From an uncultured Eubacteriales bacterium (GTDB taxonomy: Bacteria; Bacillota; Clostridia; Oscillospirales; QAMX01): a stretch of DNA of 64,000 bases. Of the stretch, positions 11,201-19,657 are shown in pieces. Made by a program: the position numbers and the translations under genes. The DNA is taken from contig CAKTEH010000001.1 of NCBI GenBank assembly GCA_934546935.1, positions 205,332 through 269,331 of the forward strand, given 5' to 3'. The notes below the pieces were generated by a model, which did no database searches, was not told the DNA's origin, and saw only the letters and a program-made list of their open reading frames with translations. Within the stretch, counting starts at the first letter, position 1. Each line of letters opens with the position of its first letter.

Positions 11201-11279
11201 TGTAAAGAATGGTATTGTTTTCATCGAGTACGACGCATTTGAGTGTCGTGGAGCCAACGTCAAGCCCGAGTTTTTTCAT
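8268..11279 (-). CDS. fusion of two HgdC/BcrAD/BadFG-type ATPase (activase) modules with a C-terminal DUF2229/HGD-D-like domain
   Basis: Two ASKHA phosphate-1 motifs (LGLDVGSTTLK, LGIDAGSTTVK). Two cluster-ligand motifs (SRCGVFAKSD, GSRCTVFMNSS). A Cys-rich linker (FTCSGCSNHC). About 400 aa of C-terminal domain. Confidence 0.85.
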   Translation of the reverse strand: MKKLGLDVGSTTLKCVVLDENNTILYTSYARHLSKILVQTAQLLRDVAARFPGEPMAVSVAGSAGMGMASEFSIPFVQEVYATRLAVGYLAPQTDVVIELGGEDAKILFLSGGLEVRMNGTCAGGTGAFIDQMASLMDVTPDAMDALASGHEKIYTIASRCGVFAKSDVQPLLNQGARREDVAASIFYAVVNQTISGLAQGREVAGRILYLGGPLTFLPQLRASFDDALGTQGICPENSLYFVALGAAYAASAQGAGVDLETLAGQILGYTPHESYAGCTRLFTDEAQYAAFCKRHEQASAGIREIDIPHGEMFLGIDAGSTTVKLLLCDRDGNIFRPFYSSNHANPVPLVRDYLEKLYRDFPDIHIRACAVTGYGEDIIRCAFHADFGIVETIAHYTAAKKFRPDVDFILDIGGQDIKCFQIKNGAIDNIFLNEACSSGCGSFLQTFAAALGYDIDSFSKLGLFAEKPVDLGSRCTVFMNSSVKQAQKDGASVGCISAGLSISVVKNALYKVIRCADTSALGEHIVVQGGTFLNDAVLRAFEQETGREVIRPRYAALMGAYGAALYALEHSASHSRSTLLDAQALHSFRHETHAFTCSGCSNHCRLTLNTFGGKDRYIAGNRCDKPLKLPQAREHFNLFAYKNALLAKYKENKHIPGRLTIGLPMGLNFYELLPFWYTFFDALGFNVAVSPVSSRQLYLAGQATIPSDTVCYPAKLMHGHIQALLNENVDAIFYPDMSYNIDEHLGDQHFNCPVVAYYPQVIRANMRALKETVFICDFISLHARRRFPARCKQILDQYFPARPLKEIQNAAKAAYAAYDAYLDDIRRTGAQYLSAARKKQLPVIVLAGRPYHLDPEVNHGIDELLCQLGAVVVSEDSVSAQVEKFPVSVRNQWTYHARLYAAAKFVAQQGPDVNLVQLVSFGCGLDAITSDETRSILENAGKIYTQIKIDEISNMGAVKIRLRSLFSVAADKNIKNACPQDAPSGQNPAENRISSSIPAAML

Positions 11280-12519
11280 GGTTCGCCTGTTCCTCCTTTG
11301 CGATGGCCAGCATCAGCTTAATCCGGTTTTCCTGGTTGACGCGCGAAGCCCCCGGGTCATAGTCAATCGGGAAAATGTTGGCCTGTGGATAGCGCAACCG
11401 GAGGGTACGGATAACGCCCTTTCCGACAATATGGTTTGGCAGGCAACCAAAAGGCTGCGCGCAAATGATGTTGGTATACCCTTTTTCAATCAATTCGGCT
11501 GTTTCGCCGGGAAGGAGCCAACCCTCTCCCATTTTTACGCCGCGGTCAATGACGGCGTCTGAAAGCGATTTGAGCTTTTCAAACGGGGCAGGCGCTGCAA
11601 ATTCCGGGTAAGGCGCCAGCGCATCAAGCATCGCCCTTTCCAGCCTGCGTGCCATTGCCTCGGCGATATGGCCCGCCCTGCGCACAATGCGGCTGCCGCC
11701 ATAGTAGCGGTAATCCGTGTCCATATTGGCAAAACAGTATTGTAAAAATCCCAATACGCCGGGGATCATATATTCGCAACCTTGGGAAGCAAGGAATTTT
11801 TCCAGTCCGTTGTTGCCAAAAGAAGAATATTTGACATAAATTTCGCCGACAATGCCGACTTTTACAAGGCTGCGGGCAACTTTTGGGATCTCATGGAAAT
11901 CCCGCACCATCGCCTGGAGGTTTTTGCGCATGCTCGCGTTCGTCAAGCCGCGATGATGGTGGAACTGTTCGGTCAGCTGTCGCGTCCATTTCTGCACCAG
12001 CGCCTGCGTCTGCCCTTGCTCCTTTTCATAGGGCATGCATTGATTTTTTAAAAGCAAAAGCATGTCGCCGTATACCAGCGCGCGTATGCCCATTAAAAGC
12101 ATAACCGGCGTTAAATGGAAACCGGAGTAATGCTCGAGCCCTGAGAAGCTTATGGAAATCACAGGGACGAAACCAAGTCCCATGTTCTTCAGCGCGCGGC
12201 GCAGAAGCCAGATATAATTGGAAGCCCGGCATCCGCCGCCGGTCTGGAACATGATGAGCGCGACCTTATGTACATCATAATCCCCGCATTGCAGCGCATA
12301 AAGCTGCTGGCCCAGGGAACAGATGGCCGGATAACATATATCATTGTGGAGATATTTCAGACCCGTATCGATTACCTGTTTGCCTTCATAATGCAGTACC
12401 TCGAAATGGTAGCCGTACATTTCAAAGATTCCGCGCAAAAGCTCCATGTGCGTGGGAAAAATATCGGGGCAAAGGATCGTATAGTCTTTTTTTATTTTCT
12501 TTGTAAAATCTTGCGGCAT
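11260..12519 (-). CDS. 2-hydroxyacyl-CoA dehydratase D-component-like / activase-related protein
   Basis: Motifs MFQTGGGCRASNY and AQPFGCLPNH are typical of this family. ATG at 12519 follows AAGGAAA. The stop overlaps the start of the activase fusion by 20 nt. Confidence 0.7.
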   Translation of the reverse strand: MPQDFTKKIKKDYTILCPDIFPTHMELLRGIFEMYGYHFEVLHYEGKQVIDTGLKYLHNDICYPAICSLGQQLYALQCGDYDVHKVALIMFQTGGGCRASNYIWLLRRALKNMGLGFVPVISISFSGLEHYSGFHLTPVMLLMGIRALVYGDMLLLLKNQCMPYEKEQGQTQALVQKWTRQLTEQFHHHRGLTNASMRKNLQAMVRDFHEIPKVARSLVKVGIVGEIYVKYSSFGNNGLEKFLASQGCEYMIPGVLGFLQYCFANMDTDYRYYGGSRIVRRAGHIAEAMARRLERAMLDALAPYPEFAAPAPFEKLKSLSDAVIDRGVKMGEGWLLPGETAELIEKGYTNIICAQPFGCLPNHIVGKGVIRTLRLRYPQANIFPIDYDPGASRVNQENRIKLMLAIAKEEQANHEKTRA

Positions 12520-13033
12520 GGGCAGTTTTCCTTTAAGATCAGATTTCAGTTGGCGGGTATCTGCTGGTAGGGGCTGTGCGGGGCAGCTGGGAGTGCATGA
12601 AGTGTTGGGATCCTGTTTGCTTTTTGCTTTATTTCCATATGTAAACCTGTTTTTCCCGATAGAGCGGCATTGTGTGAAACGCAATCCCGTGTTTGCAAAT
12701 GCTTCCAGGGAAAAACCCCTGATGCATTATTCATAGCTTTTGTATAGTTATATTATAACACAAAATCGTAAAAAAGTCGAATCCTGTCGAATCGTGGGTT
12801 TTGATTTTCTTTTCATAGAAAAATGGATTTTCTGGTGGATGACGCAGGAAATTCAGTTTTAAATCCGTTTATGATTGGGTTTTCTTCTCGAATCCGGAGG
12901 GACGCTAAGATTACGTAAAATATATTTGAGAATGGATTCATATAAATTTAACATATCTTTTCCGCAGGGTGCAGAGGAAAAAATTTCGTATAAAATCCCA
13001 GGCGTTCAGCAAAATAAGCGCGAGGTGATCAGA

Positions 13034-13210
13034 ATGCGGGCAAACGCAGATATCCCGCTTGGTTTTGCAGCGGCGCTTTCGCAGGATACGGCTGCAGCGC
13101 AGGCGTTTTATGCGCTGCCAGAGGCACAGCGTATGCAGATTCTGAAGCGTGCGCGCAGTGCGGCGTCCAAATCGCAGATGCGCGCGCTGGTGCGGGAATT
13201 GTCCGATTGA
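13034..13210 (+). CDS. small protein (58 aa), YdeI/OmpD-associated (OmdA)-like C-terminal motif
   Basis: ATG at 13034 follows GAGGTGA. The pattern IP..F..AL......AF..L.....ILKRARSA resembles the OmdA family. This is a weak call. Confidence 0.35.
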   Translation: MRANADIPLGFAAALSQDTAAAQAFYALPEAQRMQILKRARSAASKSQMRALVRELSD

Positions 13211-13226
13211 TTTTATGAAGGACAAA

Positions 13227-13255
13227 GGCGGCGGTATGCATTGCATACCGCCGCC
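13227..13255. terminator. bidirectional terminator between the small ORF and fhs
   Basis: GGCGGCGGTATGCA / TGCATACCGCCGCC, an almost loop-less 14-bp stem. Confidence 0.7.
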
Positions 13256-13274
13256 GGAACATAAAAAATCAGGT

Positions 13275-14939
13275 TTAGAACAGCCCATGGATTACGCCGT
13301 TTTCATCGACGTCAATATTTTCGGCAGCTGGGGTTTTTGGCAGGCCCGGCATCGTCATGATATCACCGGTCAGGGCAACAATGAAACCGGCGCCGGCGCT
13401 TAAACGCAGGCTGCGCACGGTAACAGTGAAGCCTTCCGGCGCGCCGAGAAGGCGGGGATTGTCAGAAAAACTGTATTGGGTCTTTGCCACGCAGACTGGC
13501 AGGCCGCCGTAGCCCAGTTCGGTCAGCCGTCTTGCTTCACGGCGTGCCTGCGGCGTTAAGACGGCGGTCTTTCCATGATAGATGCGCTGGACGATCGTTT
13601 TCAGCTTTTCCGGGATTGGAATCTCAAGAGGATAAGAGAAAGAAAAATGGTTTTCGGTTTCGCACAGGCGGATAACCTCCTGTGCAAGCGCAATGCCGCC
13701 TTCGCCGCCTTTTGCCCAAACCTCGCTGCATTCTACAGCAGTTCCGAAACGTGCACAGGCGCTGCGGACGCATTCCAGTTCCGCTTGCGTATCATCCGGG
13801 AAACGGTTGATAGCGACGACACAGGGCAGGCCGTAAACGGTAGTAATATTTTCCACATGACGCAGCAAATTGGGCATGCCTGCCTCCAGCGCAGACAGGT
13901 TTTCCTCTCTGAGCGCGTCTTTTTTTACGCCGCCATGCATTTTCAGCGCTCGGATTGTCGCTACGACAACGACAGCAGACGGGCGAAGGCCCGCTGTACG
14001 GCATTTTATGTCCAGGAATTTTTCTGCGCCCAGATCGGCGCCGAAGCCCGCCTCCGTAACTGCATAATCACCCAGACGCAGTGCAAGGCGCGTCGCAATA
14101 AGAGAATTGCAGCCGTGGGCGATATTGGCAAACGGCCCGCCGTGGACAAACGCCGGAGTATGTTCGAGCGTTTGGACAAGGTTTGGGCGGATCGCATCTT
14201 TTAAAAGCGCGGTCATTGCGCCGTTTGCGTTTAAGTCTGCGGCGGTAACAGGGCGGCCATCGTAGGTATATGCCACAATAATCCGGCCAAGCCGCTGTTT
14301 TAAGTCGGCAATTCCTTCTGCAAGGCACAATACCGCCATAACTTCTGAAGCGACCGTTATATCAAAGCCATCTTCACGGGGTGCGCCGTTTGCCCGTCCG
14401 CCAAGCCCGTCCACTATATTGCGCAGTTGCCGGTCATTCATATCTACGCAGCGGCGCCAGGTTACGCTGCGTGGATCAATTCCCAGCGCATTGCCCTGGT
14501 GGATATGGTTATCAAGCATTGCGGCGAGCAGGTTGTTTGCTGTACCGATTGCATGGAAATCTCCTGTAAAATGGAGATTGATGTCCTCCATTGGCACGAC
14601 CTGTGCATATCCCCCGCCGGCTGCACCGCCTTTTACGCCGAATACCGGTCCTAAAGACGGTTCGCGCAGGGCGACAACAACACGTTTGCCCAACCGCTTC
14701 ATTGCGTCGGCAAGGCCAATCGTCGTCGTGGTTTTCCCCTCGCCGGCCGGTGTAGGCGTTATTGCGGTAACAAGGATGAGCTTGCCGTCAGGACGGCCGG
14801 CACCCGCGGCCGCAGGATCCACCTTTGCTTTATAACGGCCGTAGCATTCCAGGTTGTCTTCGCAGATGCCCAGTTTTTCTGCAACCTGATGGATTGGCAG
14901 CATTGTATTGCGCTGTGCGATTTCAAGATCGGTAAGCAT
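13275..14939 (-). CDS. fhs: formate--tetrahydrofolate ligase
   Basis: Full-length match to the FTHFS pattern (MLTDLEIAQ.., [34 protein letters not shown]). ATG at 14939 follows GAGGTG. Confidence 0.95.
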   Translation of the reverse strand: MLTDLEIAQRNTMLPIHQVAEKLGICEDNLECYGRYKAKVDPAAAGAGRPDGKLILVTAITPTPAGEGKTTTTIGLADAMKRLGKRVVVALREPSLGPVFGVKGGAAGGGYAQVVPMEDINLHFTGDFHAIGTANNLLAAMLDNHIHQGNALGIDPRSVTWRRCVDMNDRQLRNIVDGLGGRANGAPREDGFDITVASEVMAVLCLAEGIADLKQRLGRIIVAYTYDGRPVTAADLNANGAMTALLKDAIRPNLVQTLEHTPAFVHGGPFANIAHGCNSLIATRLALRLGDYAVTEAGFGADLGAEKFLDIKCRTAGLRPSAVVVVATIRALKMHGGVKKDALREENLSALEAGMPNLLRHVENITTVYGLPCVVAINRFPDDTQAELECVRSACARFGTAVECSEVWAKGGEGGIALAQEVIRLCETENHFSFSYPLEIPIPEKLKTIVQRIYHGKTAVLTPQARREARRLTELGYGGLPVCVAKTQYSFSDNPRLLGAPEGFTVTVRSLRLSAGAGFIVALTGDIMTMPGLPKTPAAENIDVDENGVIHGLF

Positions 14940-15169
14940 ATACACACCTCAGATCATATTTTTTAGCTTGCAGATATGTCTGTTTCTATTATACGAAATT
15001 GCCGCGCTTTTTCAAGCTTTTTGTCGGAAGTGCTTTTCAGGACGGCCCAGACAGGGGCGGACATAAAGGGCGCATATGTACTACATCCCCGGCATGCGCA
15101 CTGTGAAATTGGCATTTCTCATCCAATATTATGTGCACATTCAGGCCCATCCGGCTAAATTTGTATACG

Positions 15170-15192
15170 TATATTTGGCATTGCCAAATATA
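15170..15192. promoter_or_regulatory. perfect 11-1-11 palindrome TATATTTGGCA-T-TGCCAAATATA, candidate operator
   Basis: Read directly from the sequence. It lies 43 nt upstream of the GTG start of the XRE regulator. Confidence 0.45.
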
Positions 15193-15234
15193 AAAAGCAA
15201 GCTTCTCCATACAATACAATGGGGAGGGACTGCT

Positions 15235-15477
15235 GTGAATATTAGAAAGCTTGCGCTGGGCGACCGGAATCTTGTCGGCGCCCGGGTGACACAGTTACGG
15301 GCAGCGCAGGGGATGAAACAGGTGGAGCTGCTTGCAAAGCTCCAGGTTGCCGGGATTGATATTGGTACGTCTGCTTTGTCCCTGCTGGAAGGGCAGAGAC
15401 GTCCGGTCACAGATAAAGAACTGAAAGCGTTGACAGATATTTTCGATGTTTCTGCGGACTGGCTATTGGGCCGATAA
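15235..15477 (+). CDS. XRE-family helix-turn-helix transcriptional regulator (80 aa)
   Basis: HTH_3 pattern LVGARVTQLRAAQGMKQVELLAKLQVAG. GTG at 15235 follows GGGGAGGG. Confidence 0.75.
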   Translation: MNIRKLALGDRNLVGARVTQLRAAQGMKQVELLAKLQVAGIDIGTSALSLLEGQRRPVTDKELKALTDIFDVSADWLLGR

Positions 15478-15523
15478 GGCGCACCTATGCCATTGGGGCC
15501 TTTCAATTGTGGATTTTATGTTT

Positions 15524-15573
15524 GCAGCAAAAAATGCATCCGGTTATTTTGGGCCGGTTGCATTTTTTGCTGC
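15524..15573. terminator. bidirectional terminator between the XRE gene and vanT
   Basis: 15-bp perfect stem GCAGCAAAAAATGCA / TGCATTTTTTGCTGC. Confidence 0.65.
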
Positions 15574-15614
15574 GGTATTGTTTTTTATGCTGAAGCTGGA
15601 AACCGGCGAAGAAC

Positions 15615-17729
15615 TCACCGGCATATACGCGCACAGCGCGCGCCGATCCGGCTGAGCAGTTCATTGGGGATGCTTGCGCACTGCGATGCCATTGTATAGG
15701 CGCAGATTTCCCGTCCTCCGCTGCGTCCGATCACAACGGCTTCTGAACCGACGGAAACGGATGGGATATCGCTTATGTCCACAATGGTCTGATCCATGCA
15801 TATCCAGCCCAGAATAGGCGCTTTTTCCCCGTCGAGCAGAACATAGCCTTTCCCGTTGGATAACTCGCGCGGCAGCCCGTCGGCATATCCGATAGAAAGG
15901 ACGGCGATGCGGGTTTGCCGCACGGCGGTGAAACGCCGGCCATAACCCGCGCTTTCCCCCGGCTGCAGGGTTTTGAGCGCAGCTACCCGCGCTTTCCAGC
16001 ATAATACCGGCATAAGCCCTGCTGCTCGTGCCTCGCTGCAGGCGCCATACAGCGCGAGGCCGGGGCGCACAGCGTCGCCATAAAATTCGGATCCGCTGAG
16101 GATTCCTGTGCTGGCCAGCAGATGGGATTTCGGCACAGGGATGCCATGCTGTGCAAGCAATTCCCGTACCGAGCGGAATGCCTGCTGTTGGGTTTGACAG
16201 TATGTTTTTCCCATAGGCGTGGAGGAATCGGTGCATAGATGGGAGTAGACGCCGGTTATGCGCAGATTGCGGAGCGTGAAAAGCTCCAGAATGCTTTCGG
16301 AATCTTCAGCGGGAAGCCCTATGCGGTGCATGCCTGTGTCAATTGCAATATGGACACGCAGGCGATGGCCGTAAGCCTGAAGTGCATGTGCATAATCCCG
16401 GTCAAGCACTGTCTGCGTCAGCCTCCAGCGCCGCAGCAAAGGGAAGTCAGACGGATTCGTATATCCAAGAATGAGGATTTCACCGCCTATGCCGCGGCGG
16501 CGCAGCTCGACGCCTTCGCTGAGGCAGGCAACACAAAAGCTGTCTATGCCGCAGCCGCGCAGGATATGCGCGCACAGTACAGCCCCGTGCCCATACGCGT
16601 CGGCCTTTAAAACCGGCATCAGCGCGCAGCGATCCGGAAGCTGTGCCCGCAGGCATTGTATGTTATGCCGCAGGGCCTGCGCGTCGATTTCTACCCAAGC
16701 GCGTCCTTCTGCATCCGGTTTTTTCCGTATCCGGGCTTCTGTTCTTGAGAATATCCAGGCAGCGGCGAGTGATCCGATAAAAATGCAGCAAAAATAAATC
16801 AGACTGTTGTCCGGCAGCAACGCCTGTGCGTGCAGCAGTTTCGCTGCGGCACGCAGGACGACAATGCCAAGCGGATGCAGAATGTATATCCAGGCGCTGA
16901 TCCGCCGTAACTTGGGAGCGGGCTGTACAGGCAGGCAAAGCAGCATACGCATCAGAAAAAAGGATGCTGCCGGCAGCAGCAGATACATGCTGTCATGCCG
17001 CGGCCAGCCCAGCGCGCGCAGCACCAGCGCTTCTGCCGCCATACCGGCCAGGCAGGCGAGAAATGCGGCCAGATTGGCCGTATGCGTCCATTTATGTTTA
17101 AAGCGGGGCAGGCAAGCCCCAAGGGCCAGCAACAGCGGCGTAAAAAACAGGCCGTTTCGCGTATAGGAAAAAATCCGGAACATCCCATTGTAAATGCTTT
17201 CCAAGGCCGGCGCTTTTGCCAGCAGCCCGTAATAGCTGTCGCCGCCCAGCCCGGCCATATATAGCAGCGCACATATTGCCAGCAGCGCCGGTGGGCGCAG
17301 GACCCGGGCAAGCGCGCAGACCAGCGATGCTCCCAGCATCAGCGCCGGGAAATACCACAGATGGTAATAGGTGCCGTCGAAGGCCAGAAACCTGAATGCA
17401 TCCAGCGCGGAGAGGTTTTCATAGTGCCCTGCATATATGGATACAGGCAGATATATGAATGCAGCGGCAAGATATAGCACCGCGGAGCTTTTCAGCAGCC
17501 GGTAAAGCCCCTGCTGATCCGGGTCATGGCCGTTCAGGATCGGAGAAAGGGAAAAATAGCCGGTGACCATTAAAAAGAAAGGTACGGCCAAACGGGCCAG
17601 TACACTTGTTAGCAGAAAATCTGCATCTGCGCTGAAGCTGGACAGCGGGCCTGTATGAATGGCTACAACCAAAGCCGCCGCTACAGGCCTTGCCCAGTCC
17701 AGCGCGCCAGTCTGCTGCCGCCCGTTCAT
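15615..17729 (-). CDS. vanT: membrane-bound serine/alanine racemase VanT (acyltransferase-3 membrane domain fused to a PLP racemase)
   Basis: About 330 N-terminal residues with 10-11 TM helices (ALVVAIHTGP..), then an alanine-racemase fold with the PLP lysine motif VLKADAYGHG. ATG at 17729 follows GGGGAG and overlaps the vanXY stop (ATGA). Confidence 0.85.
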   Translation of the reverse strand: MNGRQQTGALDWARPVAAALVVAIHTGPLSSFSADADFLLTSVLARLAVPFFLMVTGYFSLSPILNGHDPDQQGLYRLLKSSAVLYLAAAFIYLPVSIYAGHYENLSALDAFRFLAFDGTYYHLWYFPALMLGASLVCALARVLRPPALLAICALLYMAGLGGDSYYGLLAKAPALESIYNGMFRIFSYTRNGLFFTPLLLALGACLPRFKHKWTHTANLAAFLACLAGMAAEALVLRALGWPRHDSMYLLLPAASFFLMRMLLCLPVQPAPKLRRISAWIYILHPLGIVVLRAAAKLLHAQALLPDNSLIYFCCIFIGSLAAAWIFSRTEARIRKKPDAEGRAWVEIDAQALRHNIQCLRAQLPDRCALMPVLKADAYGHGAVLCAHILRGCGIDSFCVACLSEGVELRRRGIGGEILILGYTNPSDFPLLRRWRLTQTVLDRDYAHALQAYGHRLRVHIAIDTGMHRIGLPAEDSESILELFTLRNLRITGVYSHLCTDSSTPMGKTYCQTQQQAFRSVRELLAQHGIPVPKSHLLASTGILSGSEFYGDAVRPGLALYGACSEARAAGLMPVLCWKARVAALKTLQPGESAGYGRRFTAVRQTRIAVLSIGYADGLPRELSNGKGYVLLDGEKAPILGWICMDQTIVDISDIPSVSVGSEAVVIGRSGGREICAYTMASQCASIPNELLSRIGARCARICR

Positions 17730-18478
17730 ATGGACGCTCCCCATTGTGTGACGATAAAGCCGCCGCAGTTGTCTCCGGAAATGGTATAGGTAAGGGTATT
17801 GTAGATTTGCAGGGGCATGTCCTCCTGCGCCGGAAGGTAAAACAGCCCCAGATCCCTGCCGGCGGTAAAGTGATGATAGGGGTGGACAGGCGTATAGTTC
17901 CGGATAAAACGGACATATTCTTCCAGCGTCATTTCAAGCTCAGTCATAATCTGGGCATGCGGCATGCCGACAAAGCGGAAATGCCAGGGTTCATGCGCAA
18001 TTCCGGTAATGGCTTCCTTCCCCTCGGGATAACGTTCGATAAAGCCGTAACGCGCGGCATGCCTGCGGAATTGACCGCAGATGCCGGTATAGGGGAATTC
18101 CGGCCGGATAAAGTCGATATGTTCACAATTAAGCCCCAGATCGATGGCAAGCCCCGTCTGATGTTCGCTGCAGCCGGGTTTTGCGACGTACTGTACAGTG
18201 AAATCCGGCCCGTTTTCCGTCATGGATTTCTCCCAGATCGCTTCCTGTTCCCGCAGGCTTCTCCAGGCGCTGACAGGGACAATTTCTCCCCACCCGCCGA
18301 TTTTATCCATCAGCGCGTCAAGCAGCACCAGGGCTGTGCGCTGCAAAAGCATATCCGTTTGTCCGCATAGGGGAGAAAGCGGCGCGCGCGGCTGAAGCTG
18401 AAGCGGGTGATGTGGATTAACAAGGATCAGGTTCCCTTCATAAACTGCGCTTTTGGACAGGTTCAAGCTGTGCATCAT
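17726..18478 (-). CDS. vanXY: D,D-dipeptidase/D,D-carboxypeptidase VanXY (M15 family)
   Basis: Zn-ligand and catalytic motifs SEHQTGLAIDL and EPWHFRF. The start overlaps the ligase stop (ATGA). Confidence 0.85.
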   Translation of the reverse strand: MMHSLNLSKSAVYEGNLILVNPHHPLQLQPRAPLSPLCGQTDMLLQRTALVLLDALMDKIGGWGEIVPVSAWRSLREQEAIWEKSMTENGPDFTVQYVAKPGCSEHQTGLAIDLGLNCEHIDFIRPEFPYTGICGQFRRHAARYGFIERYPEGKEAITGIAHEPWHFRFVGMPHAQIMTELEMTLEEYVRFIRNYTPVHPYHHFTAGRDLGLFYLPAQEDMPLQIYNTLTYTISGDNCGGFIVTQWGASI

Positions 18479-19524
18479 GTGCGCACCGCCAGTTCAATTA
18501 CAAACCGGACGATCTGTGGGAAGGAAAACCCAGCCGCTTTCAGCATCGCGGGGAAGCGGCTGTGCGCAGTGAAGCCGGGGATCGTGTTGACCTCGTTAAA
18601 CAGAATCTGCCCGTCCGGTGTCAGGAACATGTCCACACGGGCGAAACCGCGGCATCCCAGTGCACGGTAAACCGTTTCGGCAGTTTCTTTAATACGTTCG
18701 GCTGTTTTGGCGTCAATGCGGGCAGGAACATGGATTTTAGAACTTTTGAGCGTGTATTTTTCCGAAAAATCAAAAAAACCCTGAGAAAGCTCAATTTCGT
18801 CAACTTCCCCAATATACAGCTGCTCGTTTCCCATCACCGCACAACCGACTTCAAATCCCGCAACCGCCTGTTCTAAGATCAGTACATCGTCATATTGCCG
18901 GGCAAGTACTGCGGCGCTGTCGAGCTGGGTGCGTTGTGTAACCCGTGTAATGCCAAAGGAGGAGCCGGCTTTTAAAGGCTTGACAAACAGCGGATATCCA
19001 AGCTTGTGTGCCTGTGCATGCAAAAATTCAGCGCTCGCGCCAGCCGGGACGATGCTGCCGGCAGGGGAAGGAATGCCTGCCTGTGCGGCAAGACGGTGGG
19101 CGCGGTCTTTATCCATACATAATGCTGAAGCCAGTGTCCCGCAGCCGACCAGCGGGATCCCCGCCAGCTCGCACAACCCCTGTACGCTTCCATCCTCACC
19201 GTTTTGCCCATGAAGTACGGGAAAGACCGCATCAATATAAATGCGCTGGATTTCCTGTCCCTGGAAGCAGAGCAGTGCCCGTTCCCCCCGGTTTACGGAA
19301 AGCATGGCAGGAACACAGTCTCCCGATTCCCGCCATGTATCGGTGCCGATAGCGGAAAATGCACCGCGGTAAAAGTACCACTGCCCGTCCGGCGTTATGC
19401 CGACAGGGACAGGCGTAAAGCGTTGCGGATCCATCGCCTCCAATACGGCCTGGGCCGAGCGGAGGGAAACCGGGTATTCCGGAGATGCACCGCCAAAGAG
19501 GACAACAATTTTTAAATTCGCCAT
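18475..19524 (-). CDS. vanG: D-alanine--D-serine ligase (VanG/VanC-class ATP-grasp ligase)
   Basis: MANLKIVVLFGGASPEY.. N-terminus. ATP-grasp core. FFDFSEKY..VPA and NEVNTIPGFT motifs. Genetically linked to vanXY and vanT. ATG at 19524 follows GGGAG. The 120-codon upstream extension of the ORF overlaps vanS and is not coding. Confidence 0.8.
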   Translation of the reverse strand: MANLKIVVLFGGASPEYPVSLRSAQAVLEAMDPQRFTPVPVGITPDGQWYFYRGAFSAIGTDTWRESGDCVPAMLSVNRGERALLCFQGQEIQRIYIDAVFPVLHGQNGEDGSVQGLCELAGIPLVGCGTLASALCMDKDRAHRLAAQAGIPSPAGSIVPAGASAEFLHAQAHKLGYPLFVKPLKAGSSFGITRVTQRTQLDSAAVLARQYDDVLILEQAVAGFEVGCAVMGNEQLYIGEVDEIELSQGFFDFSEKYTLKSSKIHVPARIDAKTAERIKETAETVYRALGCRGFARVDMFLTPDGQILFNEVNTIPGFTAHSRFPAMLKAAGFSFPQIVRFVIELAVRT

Positions 19525-19565
19525 AAAACAAGAACTCCCGATTTTTAAAGTATGACCGGACACGG

Positions 19566-19605
19566 AAAAACCCCGCCCGGCTATATCAGCATAGCATGGG
19601 CGGGG
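19566..19605 (-). terminator. strong intrinsic terminator between vanS and the ligase gene
   Basis: Minus-strand RNA CCCCGCCC-AT-GCTAT-GCTG-ATAGC-C-GGGCGGGG followed by UUUUU. Confidence 0.7.
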
Positions 19606-19657
19606 ACGGTATGTTTGCGTTCTTTCTTGTAAAAAACCTGTTTTTTCCTGCGTAAAA

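Noticed and set aside
15076-15234. Long version of the XRE ORF starting at ATG 15076
   Set aside because: The upstream 53 codons have no RBS, would cover the palindromic operator, and add no HTH-family sequence. GTG at 15235 has a strong GGGGAGGG RBS.
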